A stretch of 41,561 bases of DNA from Octopus bimaculoides (lineage: Eukaryota), in NCBI RefSeq assembly GCF_001194135.2, contig NC_068984.1, positions 5,892,774-5,934,334 of the forward strand, written 5' to 3'. The position numbers and the translations under genes are program-made. Position 1 is the first letter of the stretch. Every line of letters begins with the position of its first letter. The notes beneath the pieces are model-generated. The model was given only the letters and a program-made list of their open reading frames with translations, ran no database searches and was not told the origin of the DNA. Positions 36,027 to 41,561 of the stretch are shown here, piece by piece.

Positions 36027-36055
36027 NNNNNNNNNNNNNNNNNNNNNNNNNNNNN

Positions 36056-36147
<92 letters not shown>

Positions 36148-36554
36148 GTTAGGTTAGCGTTTCACTGTGTCACACTCTTTCCAGTTCAAAGTATTATCGC
36201 CATCTTTCATATTCGTGTTGATTAACGGTGAAAATATTCTGTGGTCGATAGTTGAAGAATTTCCATTCCCCGACAGATTGTAATACTGAAATGCAATACT
36301 GTTGATTTCCTCTGTAGTATATTGTAAATAAATTTACTACATGTCACTGAACCAGCGAATATGTTGTGCACAAAATCTCTGTTGTATGATTATGAGCTAC
36401 ATATAGTCTTATTATCCGATTCACTAAAACATAGGCATCCACCATTATTATTGTTATAACTATGGAGCTGTCTTATTTTTATTTCATGTTTTCACTGCAT
36501 TAACGAGTGCAGCTCTGTGTGCCTCGGCTACATGCAGTCTTTTGGTCTTGTTAT

Positions 36555-36635
36555 TTTTTCAGTCTATTGAAAATACGCTACGTAGTATGTGTGCACTGCC
36601 TACCTGGGTTATTTTCTGTAGAGTAGGCAGATTTG
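36555..36635 (-). mobile_element. Very short R4/Dong-like 3' end
   Basis: LPTLQKITQVGSAHILRSVFSID* matches the R4-type terminal LQKxxLLGTAHILRxVLS*. The 5' junction lies at the (CTT)n tract. Confidence 0.62.
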
Positions 36636-36641
36636 AAAGTC

Positions 36642-36696
36642 GTCGCCGTCTTCTCCTTCTTCTTCTTCTACTTCTTCTACTTCTTCTTCTTCGTCC

Positions 36697-36727
<31 letters not shown>

Positions 36728-36780
36728 CTTCTTCTTCTTCTTCTTCTTCTCCTCCTCCTCCTCCTCCTCCTCCTCCTCCT
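36642..36780. repeat. Compound (CTT)n-(CCT)n microsatellite
   Basis: Directly visible. It is the source of the poly-L and poly-R ORFs. Confidence 0.97.
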
Positions 36781-36782
36781 CG

Positions 36783-37165
36783 CTATTCTCAAAGACTCTC
36801 GAATAGCTCTTAATTACCGGTTATTCTTTACTTCAAACAAGGCAGCAACAAATTACCAAAGATTTCAAGTAGTTCCTTCTCCTGTAACTCAAAGAGACAA
36901 TACTCTACTTAGAATGCGAGCTGTACCCAATAATTCTGGCTTCTGGATCACTTCGAGCCTGACAGCAGCTCCAATATTCTTAATGTGTTTTTCAAAGCCC
37001 TTGGAAACTGCTCCTATTGCTCTAATTACCACCCGTATCATACTTACTTTCCTCCCTGTCTCGTCCCGCAGTGGCAAATATTTCTCTGTCTTTTCTGTTT
37101 CCTTACATTTCACCCTCGAATCGCTTGCTACATCTATTATCTTTACATCTATTATCTGTGTGTAA
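36783..37165 (-). mobile_element. R4/Dong-clade retrotransposon 3' fragment (RLE C-terminus plus short 3' UTR)
   Basis: KIIDVASDSRVKCKETEKTEKYLPLRDE..RKVSMIRVVIRAIGAVSKGFEKHIKNIGAAVRLEVIQKPELLGTARILSRVLSL*. Confidence 0.9.
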
Positions 37166-37267
37166 CACAGTGAGAGCCTAAGATACAAGTTCTTGCACCC
37201 AAATAATAACTTCTTTAATGTTTATCTAATCCTAGGTCACCTTTAACCAAAGATTGCAGATGTGACC

Positions 37268-37422
37268 AGGCGCAGACGTGGGTATGTAGTAAGAAGTTTG
37301 CTTCCCAACCACATGGTTCTGGGTTCAGTCCCATTACGTGACACTTTCGAGTCGACCAAAGCCTTGTGAGTGGATTTGGTAGACAGAAACTGAACGAAGA
37401 CCCCCATCGTGTATGTATATAC

Positions 37423-37472
<50 letters not shown>

Positions 37473-37676
37473 CTTTGTCTCCTACCACCGCCTCACAACC
37501 GGTGTTGGTTTGTTTACGTCCCCATAACCTAGCGATTCGGCCTTATAGATCGATAGAATAAGCACCTGACTTGAAAATTAAGTATTGGTATCGATTCCTT
37601 CGACTAACACTTCGTGAAGGTGGTGCCCCAGCATGGCCACAGTCTAATAACTGAAACAAGTAAAAGATGAAAGATA
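37268..37676 (+). mobile_element. CORE-type SINE (OR2-like), internally deleted, with central (TA)(TG) microsatellite
   Basis: Head GGCGCAGACGTGGGTATGTAGTAAGAAG..GGGTTCAGTCCC, tail CAGCATGGCCACAGTCTAATAACTGAAACAAGTAAAAGA. Confidence 0.88.
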
Positions 37677-38543
37677 TTCAGGACCATATTAACGAGTGCA
37701 TGCTTCTTCTTATTCTTTTACAGACAGTCAAGTGTGCTTTGGCTACTCTCGCTAGTCGAGCGGTCACATTAAGTCTTCTGCGTTGGTCTTCCATTTGTTC
37801 ATGGAAAGTTCTTAAATCCTGTAATGATACTTCATTACCTATAACATTGTGATTTAGTAAGAGAAGGAAGAACAGGGCCCATTAGCTATTTTCGTGGTGT
37901 GATGGACTTTGAGACTCATGAGAAAAATAAAAGGGGGATTATTTATTGTCAGAATGAAAACTGGTACGAATGCGCCCAACAGAATGGAATCTAATAAAGC
38001 CAGTCTCTCATGGCCCGCAAGTAGCGTTAAAAGAGTGACAAATTACGACAATCACCCAAAGACTATAAAGTCCCTATATCAGACTAACTAGCTTCCACGC
38101 AAATAACACTTCAAAAAAAAAAAAAACACTGACAAGGCTTTTCTTAACCGAAGAATTGCTAGCAATAAATGATATAGTTTAATTGCCTTGGTAACATCCA
38201 AATATTTGTGTTTTCAACTTTTGCACACGAAAAATTATTTATTCAAAATGAAATATTTACTTTTGAAATCGATCCAAATTGCACAGTATATTGTTGGTTT
38301 CACCCAACTTCCTTCCTTTATTACGTACCAACATGATTTAGTACAAACTGGTTAACAGCTGGACGTCATTGATTAGGATTCGCTCAACTAGATTTTACTT
38401 GTCCCGTTGCTTTATTGATTTCACCCTAAAGATACGATCTATCTCCCAATTCATCTATTTAAAACAGTATAAGCGCCAGCACAAAACAAGCACACATGTA
38501 TATATACAATTTACCTGTTTATAGACAAATGTATAATCATATA

Positions 38544-38592
<49 letters not shown>

Positions 38593-39035
38593 NNNNNNNN
38601 NNNNNNNNNNNNNNNNNNNNNNNNNNNNNNNNNNNNNNNNNNNNNNNNNNNNNNNNNNNNNNNNNNNNNNNNNNNNNNNNNNNNNNNNNNNNNNNNNNNN
38701 NNNNNNNNNNNNNNNNNNNNNNNNNNNNNNNNNNNNNNNNNNNNNNNNNNNNNNNNNNNNNNNNNNNNNNNNNNNNNNNNNNNNNNNNNNNNNNNNNNNN
38801 NNNNNNNNNNNNNNNNNNNNNNNNNNNNNNNNNNNNNNNNNNNNNNNNNNNNNNNNNNNNNNNNNNNNNNNNNNNNNNNNNNNNNNNNNNNNNNNNNNNN
38901 NNNNNNNNNNNNNNNNNNNNNNNNNNNNNNNNNNNNNNNNNNNNNNNNNNNNNNNNNNNNNNNNNNNNNNNNNNNNNNNNNNNNNNNNNNNNNNNNNNNN
39001 NNNNNNNNNNNNNNNNNNNNNNNNNNNNNNNNNNN

Positions 39036-39067
<32 letters not shown>

Positions 39068-39081
<14 letters not shown>

Positions 39082-39630
39082 GGTGCATTCCAGAAAATCT
39101 ACGATAAAGAAGTACGAAACTCTAATCTCCTTCAAAGTACGATGCACTGACGTCAATGCATGAGCCGTTCGTGAAGGGCTCATGGAAGACCTCCAAAGTG
39201 AAGTCGTCAAGGATCCTTGTCACAGCCTCCTTCATCTTCTTAATGTCATCAGCTTGGGGAAGAACCAAAAGAAACAGGGAACAATGTCTGGCTTACTCTG
39301 TCAAGTAGTTGGTTACCAGGATAGACTTGAGGATTCGTGCAGTGAAGGTTGCCACAGATCCGAGTGGAAGAGCTCTGGCTTTTTACGACGAAATCTCTTC
39401 CTGAACTCTCTCAAAATTTCTACAATGTGCTCTTTGCTGACTGTCTGGCCAGAGGAAACCCAGTGAATGCAGATTATGCTCTTGCTGTCGAAAAAAATGA
39501 TCTCCAGCTTCCCAGTGGACTTATTTTGACTGACTTTCTTTTCTGGGGAGAGCCAGGATGCTTCCATTGGGAACTCTGTCCCTTGGTCTCTAGGTCATAA
39601 TAGCAGATTCAGCTTTCGTCACAGGCCACC
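39068..39630 (-). mobile_element. mariner transposase catalytic-domain relic with probable right end
   Basis: VACDES*ICYYDLETKGQSSQWKHPGSP; KSTGKLEIIFFDSKSIICIHWVSSGQTVSKEH..EILREFRKRFRRKKPELF; DIKKMKEAVTRIL. The HQDN..YSPDL region is partly deleted. Confidence 0.9.
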
Positions 39631-39869
39631 TGAGACTAAAGTATTCTTGTATTGAAGGTAATGTAGGATAGTAGAGAGGGGGTGAGAGACAATAAGAGGC
39701 ACAGGAGGGAGGGAGAGGACGTCCTGACATTAGAACTCGTTGAGAATATTCGTAATTTTCTGGACGAAACCGTCGTCTTTGTAAAAAGACAATGAGTATA
39801 CAGTTTGGAGTTAATATTAAAACTGTACACATGAAGATTTGAACATGAGAAAGTTTGTTTCCAGAGAAC

Positions 39870-39942
39870 TAAATTAAGTACTAATCGACTGGCCCCGCCT
39901 CCCCAAAAATTTCGGGCCTTGTGCCTAGAGTAGAAAAGAATT
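39870..39942 (+). mobile_element. Meta-domain-like SINE 3' fragment
   Basis: AATTAAGTACTAATCGACTGGCCCCGCCTCCCCAAAAATTTCGGGCCTTGTGCCTAGAGTAGAAAAGAA. Confidence 0.78.
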
Positions 39943-39960
39943 TACATCCACAAGGAAGAC

Positions 39961-40025
<65 letters not shown>

Positions 40026-40807
40026 NNNNNNNNNNNNNNNNNNNNNNNNNNNNNNNNNNNNNNNNNNNNNNNNNNNNNNNNNNNNNNNNNNNNNNNNNNN
40101 NNNNNNNNNNNNNNNNNNNNNNNNNNNNNNNNNNNNNNNNNNNNNNNNNNNNNNNNNNNNNNNNNNNNNNNNNNNNNNNNNNNNNNNNNNNNNNNNNNNN
40201 NNNNNNNNNNNNNNNNNNNNNNNNNNNNNNNNNNNNNNNNNNNNNNNNNNNNNNNNNNNNNNNNNNNNNNNNNNNNNNNNNNNNNNNNNNNNNNNNNNNN
40301 NNNNNNNNNNNNNNNNNNNNNNNTATATATATATATATATATATATATATTCTTCAAAGATGACACCTTTCAATGTTTCTATATTGTATGTCACGAGGAC
40401 TAGATATTAATTAATGACAAGATTAATAACGTTAATTATTAGAGACATGTGAATTTATATATTGCATAATGGGAGCTTAGTGGTATGTAAGCAGACCCTA
40501 AATCATCCCGTTAATCTCCTTCACAATTTCAGATCAATATGGTGTTAAAGATTATTTTATCTTAGTTGCTTTGTAGCCTTTCCTGCTGTCCAAGGTGTCG
40601 GATGGAATCGATTATAATTGATATATTTTTCTTTCTTACCGTGGTTAAACTTTAGTAAACCAACCCTTCGCTTTGTCGAGACAGTATCGTTAAGGTGTTC
40701 TCTTCGAGGTCTATTCGCAATGCGCGGCACAATCAGGAGATGTCTTCTATCACAGCCCAGTGACGCCAAATACTTTCGGAATGAAATTTAGTAGCAGGAA
40801 CTATGAA

Positions 40808-41188
40808 GGTTATTATTACTATTGTTTTACTTCTCAGAGCGCTCGGTCTTGTTCGCTCTCGTTGATTCTCTGAGGGCGGGCAGCAGCCTGATATCAGAGG
40901 TCTCACAGGGTCTCTTTCGGCATATTATAAGCTTTGATACTTGACTGTTAATTATCGTGGAATACATGTAACATCCAAGTACCAATCTCAGAATCTTAGC
41001 AGAGTAGTTTTGGGGGCCTGCTCTACTGTCATGTCAATTCCGATTTCTCTGACATGTTTTTCGAACTTGACTGTTAGTGCTCCGAGTACCCTTACAGCTA
41101 CTAGGATGACAGACTCTCTCTTCATAGTCTACATTCTTGCAATTTCATCTTTTCTAGTTCTTTGTCACTTACGTGTGCTTCCCCAGGT

Positions 41189-41190
<2 letters not shown>
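40808..41190 (-). mobile_element. R4/Dong-clade retrotransposon 3' fragment with (AAT)-type tail
   Basis: PGEAHVSDKELEK; MKRESVILVAVRVLGALTVKFEKHVREIGIDMTVEQAPKTTLL; ILRLVLGC. The 3' end is GAGAAGTAAAACAATAGTAATAATAA and the 5' junction lies at (CAT)n. Confidence 0.85.
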
Positions 41191-41236
<46 letters not shown>

Positions 41237-41247
41237 GTCACCATCAC

Positions 41248-41455
41248 GGCGGCAACCTGGCAGAATCATGAGCATGAAATACTTAGTGGTATTTTCCCCG
41301 TCATTACGTTCTGAGTTCAAATTCCGCCGAGGTCGACTTTACTTTTCATCCTTTCGGGGTCGATAAAATAAGTACCAGTGAAACACTGGGCTCGCTGTAA
41401 GAGATTAGTTCCCTCTCCCCAAATTTTAGGCCTCGTGCCGTTAATAAACAAGATT
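41248..41455 (+). mobile_element. Meta-domain-like SINE inserted within a (CAT)n tract
   Basis: GGCGGCAACCTGGCAGAATC..GTTCTGAGTTCAAATTCCGCCGAGGTCGACTTTACTTTTCATCCTTTCGGGGTCGATAAAATAAGTACCAG. (ATC)n lies on both sides. Confidence 0.9.

Positions 41456-41561
<106 letters not shown>

Noticed and set aside
36542-37165. 207-aa poly-Leu ORF and the other homopolymer or dipeptide ORFs (poly-T/N/S/R, CV, HT, YI)
   Set aside because: They are translations of microsatellites and of the antisense strand of an R4 relic.

Overview
Repeat-dense, AT-rich eukaryotic DNA from a gapped short-read assembly, most likely an octopus (inferred from the SINE families and the microsatellite load). I cannot identify any intact protein-coding gene, rRNA, tRNA gene or CRISPR array. 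The long ORFs in the track come from N-gaps, microsatellites or transposon relics. The window is a transposon graveyard. It holds six 5'-truncated RLE-type non-LTR retrotransposon 3' ends (one CRE-like, five R4/Dong-like), a probable seventh 3'-UTR copy, Tx1/L1 and CR1/Jockey-group RT relics, two Penelope GIY-YIG relics with scattered minimal-hammerhead remnants, Tc1 and mariner fragments, several foldback elements and many tRNA-derived SINEs (CORE-, Meta- and V-domain-like), some nested. The best leads are apparent microsatellite-targeted insertion of the RLE elements, a strong minus-strand bias of LINE relics, a possible class-A GPCR relic at about 14.7-15.0 kb, a housekeeping-type promoter motif cluster at about 32.6 kb and a speculative phase-compatible exon chain. 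All family calls are from motif recognition by eye; no database search was run.
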